DNA from: an uncultured Gemmatimonadales bacterium
GTDB lineage: Bacteria; Gemmatimonadota; Gemmatimonadetes; Longimicrobiales; Longimicrobiaceae
NCBI GenBank assembly: GCA_963716255.1
Contig: OY970303.1
Span: 928,001-992,000 of the forward strand
Direction of reading: 5' to 3'
Length of the DNA stretch: 64,000 nucleotides
Of this stretch, positions 1 to 8,575 are shown piece after piece. Below the pieces are notes generated by a model that searched no databases, was not told the DNA's origin, and saw nothing but the letters and a program-made list of their open reading frames with translations. The position numbers and the translations under genes are program-made. Position 1 is the stretch's first letter; the number at the start of each line of letters is the position of its first letter.

Positions 1-1981
1 TCGCCACGGTGGCGATGGGCTCCGCGGTCACCCCGCGCTCCAGCGGCGGGCGCAGCGAGAGCGGGAGCAGGTACGTGTCCGGCTCCCCGGCGGCGAACCT
101 CACCTGGATCACCCCCACCATCCAGCGCGGCCCGTGCTCCGGCGCCACCACCGCGTGGTCGCGCAGCTCCACGGCCACCACCTCGCGCCCCTTGCCGCGG
201 AACCAGCGCTGCGCGGTCAGCCACTCCGTCGGCACGGCGCCCACCAGCGCCGCCACCGTGTCGCGGCTCTCCAGCACGCGCATGTCCTGCTCCGCCCACT
301 CCCGGGCCACCGTCTCGTCCACCTCCGCATGCTCCTCGCCCGCCGCGCGCGAGCGGAGCGCGAACCAGAAGAAGCCGTACGGCTGCAGCGTGAGCGCGTA
401 GGGCGTCTCGTCGATGGGAAGGAACTCGGTGCTGCCCAGCATCTCCACCGGGACGCGGCCGGAGAAGCGGGCCAGGTCCAGCCGCACCGCCTGCGCCGCG
501 CCCGACAGGTTGTTGACCACCAGGATGGCGTCGTCGCCGTGCTCGCGCAGGTACGCGAGGACGTGCGGGTTCTCCGGCTGCAGGAACTCGATGCTCCCGC
601 GCCCGAAGGCGTGGTGCTGCTTCCTCACCTGCACCAGCCGCTTCATCCAGTTGAGGAGCGAGAAGGGCGACTTCTCCTGCGCCTCCACGTTGATGGACTG
701 GTGCCCGTAGATGGAGTCGGCGATCACCGGCAGGTACAGCCGGGCCGACTCCGCGCGCGAGAAGGCGGCGTTGCGGTCCGGGGTCCACTGCATGGGCGTC
801 CTCACCCCGTCGCGGTCGCCCAGCCAGATGTTGTCGCCCATCCCCAGCTCGTCGCCGTAGTAGATGATGGGCGAGCCGGGCATGGTGAACAGGATGGAGT
901 TGAGCAGCTCGATCTTGCGCCGGTCGTTCTCCATCAGCGGGGCCAGGCGGCGGCGGATCCCCAGGTTGATCCGCATGCGCGAGTCCTCGGCGTACTGCGA
1001 GTACATGTAGTCGCGCTCCTCGTCGGTCACCATCTCCAGGGTGAGCTCGTCGTGGTTGCGCAGGAACATGCACCACTGGCAGTCCTCGGGGATCGGCGGG
1101 GTGCGCTGGATGATCTCCACGATGGGCTTCCGGATCCCCTGCCGCACCGCCATGAAGATGCGCGGCATCAGCGGGAAGTGGAACGCCATGTGGAACTCGT
1201 CGCCGTCGCCGAAGTAGGGGCGCACGTCGTCCGGCCACTGGTTGGCCTCGGCCAGCAGGATGCGCCCCGGGAAGCGCGACTCGATGCGGACGCGGAACTC
1301 CTTGAGGATGTCGTGCGTCTCCGGGAGGTTCTCGCAGATGGTGCCTTCCCGCTCGATCAGGTACGGCACCGCGTCGGCGCGGAAGCCGTCCAGCCCCCGC
1401 TCCAGCCAGTACTCCATCACCCCGAACATCGCCTCCTTGACCGCCGGGTTGTCCCAGTTCAGGTCGGGCTGGTGGGCGAAGAAGCGGTGCCAGTAGTACT
1501 GCCCCGCCACCGGGTCCCAGGTCCAGTTGCTGGGCTCGGTGTCGGTGAAGATGATGCGGGCGTCGCGGTAGGGCTCGTCCGTGTCGCTCCACACGTACCA
1601 GTCGCGCTCCGGCGACCCCCTGGGGGCCCGGCGGGCGCGCTGGAACCAGGCGTGGTCGCTGGAGGTGTGGTTGAGCACCAGGTCGGCGATCACCTTGAGG
1701 CCGCGCTCGTGGGCCGCGTCCAGGAAGCGCTGGAAGTCCTCCAGGTTGCCGTACTGCGGGTTGATCCCGTAGTAGTCGGCGATGTCGTACCCGTCGTCGC
1801 GCAGCGGCGACGGGTAGAAGGGGAGCAGCCAGATGGCGTCGACGCCCAGGTCGCGGACGTAGTCCAGCCTCTCGATCAGCCCCCGGAAGTCGCCCACCCC
1901 GTCGGCGTTGGAGTCCTGGAAGGCCTTGACGTGCAGCTCGTAGAAGACGGCATCCTTGTACCACGACCGGTCGTCACTCAC
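1..1981 (-). CDS. treS: Trehalose synthase (maltose alpha-D-glucosyltransferase), probably fused to maltokinase; 3' end outside window
   Basis: Minus-strand translation from GTG at 1981 (GAGGAG upstream): SDDRSWYKDAVFYELHVKAFQDSNADGVGDF..RDDGYDIADY..FLRNHDELTLEM. It continues into a QRWFRGKGR..YLLPL segment typical of a maltokinase N-terminus. No stop before position 1. Confidence 0.92.
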   Translation of the reverse strand, partial: MSDDRSWYKDAVFYELHVKAFQDSNADGVGDFRGLIERLDYVRDLGVDAIWLLPFYPSPLRDDGYDIADYYGINPQYGNLEDFQRFLDAAHERGLKVIADLVLNHTSSDHAWFQRARRAPRGSPERDWYVWSDTDEPYRDARIIFTDTEPSNWTWDPVAGQYYWHRFFAHQPDLNWDNPAVKEAMFGVMEYWLERGLDGFRADAVPYLIEREGTICENLPETHDILKEFRVRIESRFPGRILLAEANQWPDDVRPYFGDGDEFHMAFHFPLMPRIFMAVRQGIRKPIVEIIQRTPPIPEDCQWCMFLRNHDELTLEMVTDEERDYMYSQYAEDSRMRINLGIRRRLAPLMENDRRKIELLNSILFTMPGSPIIYYGDELGMGDNIWLGDRDGVRTPMQWTPDRNAAFSRAESARLYLPVIADSIYGHQSINVEAQEKSPFSLLNWMKRLVQVRKQHHAFGRGSIEFLQPENPHVLAYLREHGDDAILVVNNLSGAAQAVRLDLARFSGRVPVEMLGSTEFLPIDETPYALTLQPYGFFWFALRSRAAGEEHAEVDETVAREWAEQDMRVLESRDTVAALVGAVPTEWLTAQRWFRGKGREVVAVELRDHAVVAPEHGPRWMVGVIQVRFAAGEPDTYLLPLSLRPPLERGVTAEPIATVA

Positions 1982-2107
1982 GCGGCGGGCTCCTCGGGAT
2001 CGGTTCTCGGGTCCGGGCGTCCTGGCGAAGGTGCGGAGTGTTGCAGAAAACGTTCCGGGTGGCGGAGGGGAAGCGTTTTCGGAGGGGGTGGGCGTGGGGG
2101 CCGCTAC

Positions 2108-2219
2108 GGAACCAGGCCAAACAGCCGGCCTGTTTCCTACGCGGGCTCCGGGAGCCTCGCCAAACGGCCGGCGAGTCTCCCTGCGCCGGAGTGAGCCAGC
2201 CAAACTGCCGGCTGTCTCC
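2108..2219. repeat. Triple-hairpin repeat (family C), copy 1
   Basis: Three hairpins with AAAC(A/G/T)GCC loops. The reverse complement aligns with 13106-13220. Confidence 0.7.
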
Positions 2220-2294
2220 CTCCGAACCGACTTTGGGGGGTACTGCGGAACGGCCACGACACGTCGGAGGGCGAGGGATGCCAGCGCGGAGATT

Positions 2295-2360
2295 CCCCTC
2301 CCCCGGAACGGGGGATATAGGGGGCAAGCCGTGCGAGCCTCAAGCGAGCCGGGTGGGGGC
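2295..2360. repeat. Hairpin repeat (family B); uninterrupted copy of the MITE target
   Basis: CCCCTCCCCCGGAACGGGGGATATAGGGGGCAAGCCGTGCGAGCCTCAAGCGAGCCGGGTGGGGGC. Its reverse complement matches 36341-36384 joined to 42538-42560. Confidence 0.85.
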
Positions 2361-2411
2361 CGTCGCCAGGATCCCGCCTCCGGCCGGGCCCACACGCTCC
2401 ATCCCGGGCCG

Positions 2412-3797
2412 TCAGAACTGCTCGTCGAACATCTCCGACGCGCGCTCGCGCAGCTTCTTGTACCACGGGCGCCGCCGCCACTCCTCCAGGCGCACCTCCT
2501 GCGAGCGCCGCAGGTCGCGCAGGAACGTCGCCTCCACCTGCGCGGCGAAGCGGGCGTCCACGATCCCCAGCACGTTCTCCTGGTTCAGCTCCATGCTGCG
2601 GATGTCCAGGTTGGACGACCCCACCACCGTCCACACGCCGTCCGCCACCAGCGTCTTTGCGTGCAGCATGGTGCCCTGGTACTCGTAGATGCGCACCCCG
2701 GCCTCCAGCAATTCCTCGAAGTGCGACTGGCCGGCCCAGCGCACCGGCTTCGCGTCGGTGAGCGGGCCGGGGACCAGGATCCGCACGTCCACCCCCGCCC
2801 GGGCGCGCTCCTTGAGCGCGGCCAGCAGCCCGTGGTCCGGGACGAAGTAGGCGTTGGTCACGTAGAGCCGCCGCCGCGCCGACGCGAAGGAGAGCCAGAA
2901 CACCTTGCGCAGCGGCAGCTGCTCGTCGCTGGGAGAGCTGAGCACCCCCACGTGGACCGAAAGCGGCTCCCCCGCCGCGGCGGCGGAGGGCTCCGGGTCC
3001 GGCGGGTAGAACGCCGGGCCCACCAGCACCTCGCCGGTGAGGACCGTCCACGTCTGCGCGAAGGCCGACTGCAGCGAGCGGGCGGGCGGCCCGGTGACCC
3101 GCACCATGTCCTCGCGCCACTCGTCCGGGGTGCGCGCGTCGCCCAGCCACTTGTCGCCCACCGCGGCGCCGCCCGTGTACCCCACCGCACCGTCCACCAC
3201 GATGGCGCGCCGGTGGTTGCGCTTGTGGAAGCGCGTCAGCTCCCCGAAGCGCAGCGGGTGGAAGCGGGCGACCCTTCCCCCGGCCGCGCGGAGCGCCCGG
3301 AACCCCTCGTCCGGCGCGTTCATCGCGCCCATCCCGTCCAGCGCCACCCGCACCTGCACCCCCGCCCGCGCGCGCTCCACCAGCACCGCCAGCACCGAGT
3401 CGCTGGCGCGCCCCGGCTCCCAGATGTAGACCATGAAGTCGATGCTGCGCCGCGCCGAGCGCAGGTCCGCGAGCAGCGCGGGGGTGAAGCGGTCGCCGTT
3501 GCTCAGCAGCTGCGCCGTGCCGCCGCGCCGCAGAGGCGCGTTGGTGGCGCCGGAGAGCGCCGCCAGGAACTCCGGCGAGCCCACCGGCGGGCGCGCCGTG
3601 GCGTACAGCCGGTCCGCGCGCTGCCCGAAGGGGGAGAACAGCGTCAGCAGCACCGACCCGGTGGCCAGCACCCCGATGACGAAGAAGAGCACCCCCCACC
3701 ACGTGTAGTGCCGCTTCTGCTGCCGGTCCAGCTCGCGCCAGCGCGGCAGGCGCCTGGGGCGCTCCGCCCTCTTGATCCGCCGGAAGCCGAGCCGCAC
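2412..3797 (-). CDS. Cardiolipin synthase-like phospholipase D family protein
   Basis: N-terminal TM and two PLD motifs (RNHRRAIVVDG; MLHAKTLVADG..VGSSNLD), plus WRED and NAYFVP. Confidence 0.9.
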   Translation of the reverse strand: MRLGFRRIKRAERPRRLPRWRELDRQQKRHYTWWGVLFFVIGVLATGSVLLTLFSPFGQRADRLYATARPPVGSPEFLAALSGATNAPLRRGGTAQLLSNGDRFTPALLADLRSARRSIDFMVYIWEPGRASDSVLAVLVERARAGVQVRVALDGMGAMNAPDEGFRALRAAGGRVARFHPLRFGELTRFHKRNHRRAIVVDGAVGYTGGAAVGDKWLGDARTPDEWREDMVRVTGPPARSLQSAFAQTWTVLTGEVLVGPAFYPPDPEPSAAAAGEPLSVHVGVLSSPSDEQLPLRKVFWLSFASARRRLYVTNAYFVPDHGLLAALKERARAGVDVRILVPGPLTDAKPVRWAGQSHFEELLEAGVRIYEYQGTMLHAKTLVADGVWTVVGSSNLDIRSMELNQENVLGIVDARFAAQVEATFLRDLRRSQEVRLEEWRRRPWYKKLRERASEMFDEQF

Positions 3798-3798
3798 C

Positions 3799-5115
3799 TC
3801 AGTACTGCTCCGCGAACAGCACCCAGAAGCGCTCCTTGATCCGCGGCCAGATCCCGCGGCGGCGCCACTCGTCCGCCGTGATCTCCCGGGCCCGCTCCAG
3901 GTCCTCCAGAAAGGTGCGCTCCACGTCGCGGGCGAACCCTTCGTCCAGGATGCCGATGACGTTCTCCTGGTTCAGCTCCTCCGAGCGGATGTCCATGTTG
4001 GCCGATCCCATCACCGACCACCTGCCGTCCACCACCAGCGCCTTGGCGTGGATCATGGTGCCGCCGTACTCGTAGATCCTCACCCCCGCGTCCAGCAGCG
4101 GCTGGAAGTACGAGTGGCTCGCCAGGCGGATGGGCTTCGCGTCCGTGTGGTCGTCGGGGAGGAGGATGCGCACGTCCACCCCCTTCTGCGCACGGTCCGC
4201 GATCACCTTGCGCGTGTCGTCGTCCGGGACGAAGTACGGGCTGGTGAGGTACAGCTTCTCGCGGGCGCAGCGGAAGGAGATGAAGAAGAACTTGCGCAGC
4301 GGGTGCGCCTCGTCCGCGGGGGAGGAGATGACGTTGACGTGCCGCGACAGGCTCTCGCCCTGGCCTTCCGCCTCCTCGGCCGCCTCGTCGTCCGGGGGAT
4401 AGATGGCGGGCCCCAGCAGGATCTCCCCGCAGACGCTCGACCACAGCTGCGTGAACGCCGACTGCAGGTTGCTGGCGACGCAGCCGCGCACCTCCACCAT
4501 CATGTCGCGCCACTGCTCCTTGTCGGCGGCGTCGCCCAGCCACTTGTCGCCCACCGCCGCCCCGCCGGTGAACCCCACCTTGCCGTCCACGATGATGGCC
4601 CGCCGGTGGTTGCGCTTGTGGAAGCGGGTGATCTTGCCGGGGCGGAGCTTGCGGAACCAGGTCACCTCCCCGCCCGCATCCGTCAGCCGCTTGATCCCCT
4701 CGTCCGGGGCGCGCATGCCGCCCATCCCGTCCAGCATCACCCTCACCTCGACACCCTCCTTCGCTTTTCGGCAGAGCACGTCCAGGATCTGGTCGCTCAC
4801 CTTCCCCGGCTCCCAGATGTAGGCCATGAAGTTGATGGTGTGCTCGGCCTCCTCGAAGGCTTTCAGCATCGCCGGGAAGATCTCGGAGCCGTTGTTCAGC
4901 AGCTTCGCGCTCCCGCCCTTGAGGAGCGGGGCGTTGACGGTGCCGGAGATGCCGGCCATGAAGTCGTCGCTCCCCACCTCGGGGGCGCGGTTCACCCAGA
5001 TGTCGGCGGGGCGCCGCCCGAAGGTGGTGAACAGGGACACGAGGACGGAGACCGTGGCCAGCATCCCCAGCACCGTGAAGAGCGTGATCCACCAGGGATA
5101 GTCGGCGAGCTGCAT
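3799..5115 (-). CDS. Cardiolipin synthase-like phospholipase D family protein (tandem paralogue)
   Basis: RNHRRAIIVDG, WRDM, SPYFVP, MIHAKALVVDG..GSANMD. Collinear with the downstream paralogue, both ending EQ(F/Y). Confidence 0.9.
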   Translation of the reverse strand: MQLADYPWWITLFTVLGMLATVSVLVSLFTTFGRRPADIWVNRAPEVGSDDFMAGISGTVNAPLLKGGSAKLLNNGSEIFPAMLKAFEEAEHTINFMAYIWEPGKVSDQILDVLCRKAKEGVEVRVMLDGMGGMRAPDEGIKRLTDAGGEVTWFRKLRPGKITRFHKRNHRRAIIVDGKVGFTGGAAVGDKWLGDAADKEQWRDMMVEVRGCVASNLQSAFTQLWSSVCGEILLGPAIYPPDDEAAEEAEGQGESLSRHVNVISSPADEAHPLRKFFFISFRCAREKLYLTSPYFVPDDDTRKVIADRAQKGVDVRILLPDDHTDAKPIRLASHSYFQPLLDAGVRIYEYGGTMIHAKALVVDGRWSVMGSANMDIRSEELNQENVIGILDEGFARDVERTFLEDLERAREITADEWRRRGIWPRIKERFWVLFAEQY

Positions 5116-5134
5116 GTGCGCGTGGGGACGGGGT

Positions 5135-6199
5135 TCAGGCTTCGCCCAGCGTGACGCGGGCGAGGAGCGGGTGGTGGTCGGAGCCGTAGATCGCCTGGCC
5201 CCGGTCCCGGGGGTGCTCGTCCAGCCGCTGCACCTCCACCGCGGCGACGTGGCCGCCGCCCGGGTGGTACAGCACGTGGTCCAGGAGGAAGCGCACGAGC
5301 CCGTGGTGGGTGTGCTTCCACGCCCAGCGGCGGCGGGCGGGAACGAGGCCCGCGCCCACCAGCGCGCGGAAGGCGGGGTCGCGCTCCCCCAGGGGCGTGT
5401 TGAAGTCCCCGGCGAGGACCACCCCGCCGGGCGCGTCGCGCCGCACGACGGCTTCGGCCAGCCGCTCGGCCTGGTGCGCGCGGGCGGCGCCCAGCCACAG
5501 GCGGGGCGAGTCGCCCTCGAACAGGCGGCGGTGCGTGTCCAGGTGCGCGCTCACCACGTCCACCCCCGCCACCCCGGCCACCTGAGCCCCCACCGCCACG
5601 CGGCGCTGGCGCACGTACAGCAGCGAAAAGGCGTGCGAGCGCCCCAGCGCGGCGGTGGCCAGCACGGCGTTGCCGCGGTCGCTGCGGGCGGCGCCGTTGC
5701 GCATGGAGGGGGCGTAGCGCAGGCTCAGGCCGTGCCGCCGGGCCACGTCCGCCAGGTCCTCCGGGTGCGGCGGCGTCAGGTCGCCCCCCGCGAAGCCTGG
5801 CTCCGGCGCCCGCTCGGGGACGGTGCCGTCGGCGCGGTACGCCTCCTGGACCAGCAGCACCAGCGGGCGGCGCGGGTCCGTCCCCGCGCCGCCGTATGCG
5901 CCCTCGCGCAGCCGCCCCAGCAGGCGGTCCAGGCGGGCCGCCCCCACCTTGAGGTTCCAGCTCAGCAGGTCCAGCTCGCGCACCTCCGCCGGTGCCGGCG
6001 GCGCCAGGTCCAGCGCCACGGGCGCGCCCACGTTGCGCCGCCAGCGGGCGAGGACGCGGTGCTCCGCCTCGTCCGCGATCTCGAAGACCGGGATGGGCGC
6101 GCCGCTCCCCCCCGCTTCGGCGGGTGGGCTGGGGCCGGGCTCGGGGGGCGGGCTCTCGGTCGGGATGGGATGCCTCCGGGTTCGCCCCCGCCCTCTCAA
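5135..6199 (-). CDS. Endonuclease/exonuclease/phosphatase (EEP) family protein; start uncertain
   Basis: LLSWNL, LLVQEA, GNAVLA, SAHLD, LAGDFN, LDHVLY and SDHHPL motifs in the last ~350 aa of the 1015-aa ORF. A TTG overlapping the RDD stop is taken as the start. Confidence 0.8.
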   Translation of the reverse strand: MRGRGRTRRHPIPTESPPPEPGPSPPAEAGGSGAPIPVFEIADEAEHRVLARWRRNVGAPVALDLAPPAPAEVRELDLLSWNLKVGAARLDRLLGRLREGAYGGAGTDPRRPLVLLVQEAYRADGTVPERAPEPGFAGGDLTPPHPEDLADVARRHGLSLRYAPSMRNGAARSDRGNAVLATAALGRSHAFSLLYVRQRRVAVGAQVAGVAGVDVVSAHLDTHRRLFEGDSPRLWLGAARAHQAERLAEAVVRRDAPGGVVLAGDFNTPLGERDPAFRALVGAGLVPARRRWAWKHTHHGLVRFLLDHVLYHPGGGHVAAVEVQRLDEHPRDRGQAIYGSDHHPLLARVTLGEA

Positions 6200-7362
6200 G
6201 AAGCGGGCCGGGGCTCCCCCTCGCGTACCACCACCGTCTCGCTGATCTTGTCGTGCAGCGCCATCCGGTTGCGGTCCCAGAGGATCTGCGCGAAGCCCAG
6301 AAGCCCGGTGAAGATGGAGGCCGCGTAGCCGCCGAAGCGCTCGAACGCCGCCCACCAGCCGATGGGCGCGCCGTTCAGTCGCACCACGCGCATCCCCAGC
6401 ACCCGCTTCCCCGGGGTCTGCCCGCGCCACAGCGCCAGGAAGGCGGTGAAGTACAGCCCGGTCCACCCGAAGCCCAGCCCCAGCTCGTCCGCCACCTTGC
6501 CCACCCAGGTGAGGACGCCGATGCTTTCCCGCTCCTCCTCCAGCGCGTCGTCCAGCCGCTCCTTCTCGGCGCGGGCCGCGGCCAGCTCGGCGCGCAGCGT
6601 CCCCAGGGTGTCCGCCGCGAGCGCGCCGGTCGCCTGCGGGCGCAGCGCGCGCGCGGCCGCGGTGTCCCCCGCCTCCAGCGCCGCCGCGTAGGCGCGCACC
6701 AGCGAATCCGGGGAGGGCGCCGCCGCCACCGCTCCGCCCTCCCCGGCCAGCACCCGCCTGACCCCCGCCTTCACCGCCTCGACGTCCACTTCCGCGGCGG
6801 CATCGGCGAGGCTTGCGCGGATCTCCGTGTCCGGCCGCCCCGCCGCCTTCATCCCCGCCGCGAACGCGGACGCGTGCGTGAACGCTTCCTGCTCGGTGTC
6901 CGCCGTCCGCAGCGCGATCAGCTCGGCGCCGGCCCGGAGCGCCTTCCCCGCCTGGCCCTCGGTCCCCACGACGCGGGAGGCCACCTGCATGGCCCGCGCG
7001 GCCTCGCGGTTGCCGTCGGCGCCGGACCCGGCCCCCTTGCCGCCCATCCCGTCCGCCACGCGGTCCCACAACGCGCTCCCGGCGCCGAAGAGCACCAGCG
7101 CCCCCACCACCGCCGCCCCCACGCGGACCGGCCGCGGCACCACGCGCGGCCCCTTCCTTGCGGCGACGCGGAAGAACACCCAGGCCAGCGCCAGCCCGAA
7201 GAGCACGCCCCCGCCCACGTTCACCAGGAAGGACACCAGGATCAGGTCGATGGCCATGGCCGCGGCGCGGCGGCGCGGGCTGGCGAGCGGGAGCCCCAGC
7301 AGGTGCGGGGCGACGGAGAACGCGTCGGGGGTGATGACGCTGCGCGGATCGACGGCGGTCAT
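6196..7362 (-). CDS. RDD family membrane protein
   Basis: ASPRRRAAAMAIDL at the N-terminus and GQTPGKRVLGMRVV..LHDKISETVVV at the C-terminus, with a long helical insert between. Confidence 0.85.
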   Translation of the reverse strand: MTAVDPRSVITPDAFSVAPHLLGLPLASPRRRAAAMAIDLILVSFLVNVGGGVLFGLALAWVFFRVAARKGPRVVPRPVRVGAAVVGALVLFGAGSALWDRVADGMGGKGAGSGADGNREAARAMQVASRVVGTEGQAGKALRAGAELIALRTADTEQEAFTHASAFAAGMKAAGRPDTEIRASLADAAAEVDVEAVKAGVRRVLAGEGGAVAAAPSPDSLVRAYAAALEAGDTAAARALRPQATGALAADTLGTLRAELAAARAEKERLDDALEEERESIGVLTWVGKVADELGLGFGWTGLYFTAFLALWRGQTPGKRVLGMRVVRLNGAPIGWWAAFERFGGYAASIFTGLLGFAQILWDRNRMALHDKISETVVVREGEPRPAS

Positions 7363-7461
7363 GGGCGGGGAGGGGAGAGGAGGAAGCGCGGCCCGGCGGG
7401 GGGGACTGCCTGCCGCACGACAAACATGCAGCCGATGCGCCGCTGCTGCAACGAAATGCCG

Positions 7462-8097
7462 CTACCTCACCGCCTCCGCGCGCCACAGCGTCCATGGCCA
7501 CCCGATGCGGCAGCGCTCCACGGTATCCACCTGGAACCCCACGGCCCACAGCAGCACCAGCGCCTCCTTCACTGTCAGCACCCGGTGGTGGCTCCGCCCC
7601 CCGGACCGCAGCCGCAGCCACCACTCCAGCAGCCGCATGGCGGCGGGATCGCGCGACCAGTCCACCAGCAGGAGCCGCCCGCCCGGCCGCAGCACCCGCC
7701 TCACCTCCACCAGCGCCGCCTCCGGCTCCGGCCAGAAGTGCAGCGACGAAGCGGACACCACCGTGTCGAACGCCGCGTCCCCGAAGGGGAGCGCGTCCGC
7801 TGGGGCCGCCACGAAGCCCGCCGGGAACGCCACCGGCGCCGCCTTCCCCGCCGCCACGCGCAGCATTTCCGCGGACAGGTCCACGCCGGTATACCGCGCC
7901 ACGCCGCCATCCCACGTCCCCAGCCGCGGCAGCAGCGCCCCCGTGCCGCACCCCAGGTCCAGCACGCGCCCCGCCTCCCGCCCCGCGAGCAGCGGGCGAA
8001 TGAGCTCCAGGCTCTCGCGCGTGTAGTGCTCCCAGCGCCGGTCGTAGCGCGCCGCCAGCGCGTCGTACTCGCGGCGGACGGGGGGGCGGGGCGTCAC
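7462..8097 (-). CDS. Class I SAM-dependent methyltransferase
   Basis: VLDLGCGTG, GVDLSAEML, LPFGDAAFD, RVLRPGG. GTG start at 8097 is preferred because the upstream ORF extension runs through repeats. Confidence 0.88.
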   Translation of the reverse strand: MTPRPPVRREYDALAARYDRRWEHYTRESLELIRPLLAGREAGRVLDLGCGTGALLPRLGTWDGGVARYTGVDLSAEMLRVAAGKAAPVAFPAGFVAAPADALPFGDAAFDTVVSASSLHFWPEPEAALVEVRRVLRPGGRLLLVDWSRDPAAMRLLEWWLRLRSGGRSHHRVLTVKEALVLLWAVGFQVDTVERCRIGWPWTLWRAEAVR

Positions 8098-8124
8098 GGG
8101 CGGGGACTCTCCGCGCGACGGTGA

Positions 8125-8315
8125 CCCCCTCCCCCGACACCTCCCCGCAAGGGGGAGGGGAGAACGGCACGACGGCCCCCACCCGGCGGCCTTAGAGCCG
8201 CCACCCTCCCCCAATTCTGGGGGAGGGCTTCCTGACGCTCGACTTCCGGCGTGTCGTAGCCGTTCTCCCCCTTTCCCCCGCTTGCGGGGGAGAGGGGGCC
8301 GGGGGGTGAGGGGAT
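8125..8315. repeat. Cluster of family B palindromic hairpins
   Basis: CTCCCCGCAAGGGGGAG, CCCTCCCCCAATTCTGGGGGAGGG and CCCCGCTTGCGGGG. Confidence 0.75.
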
Positions 8316-8344
8316 CCACCCACGCGGACGCCAGCGCGAAACCC

Positions 8345-8473
8345 GCGTGAGGGATTTCGGGCCGAAGGGGCGAGACCCGGCGGCAGTTTGCCGGGGCTCG
8401 ACTCCGTTACGCACGGTTGTTTCGTGCGTTACGGAGCCGAAGCCCGACCCCGGCGCCAGCCGGGGGCACGCCC
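8345..8473 (-). repeat. Structured ~130-nt repeat (family A), copy 1
   Basis: Reverse complement reads GGGCGTGCCCCCGGCTGGCGCCGGGGTCGGGCTTCGGCTCCGTA..ACGGAGTCGAGCCC..ATCCCTCACGC. Confidence 0.95.
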
Positions 8474-8575
8474 AACCCCGCAGTCCAAGCCGTTCAGCCG
8501 TACAAAAACGAGGGCCGCGCCCCCGCACACCGGAGACACGGCCCTCGAAAGAACTCATACGGAAACGCCCTCCGC

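Noticed and set aside
134..2194. 686-aa plus-strand ORF and many similar long R/G/A/P-rich ORFs across the window
   Set aside because: These are antisense or off-frame shadows of real genes in very high-GC DNA. The opposite strand has clear motifs (here treS).
5135..8182. 1015-aa ORF as one protein
   Set aside because: Only the last ~350 aa are EEP-like. The rest overlaps the RDD and methyltransferase genes in another frame.
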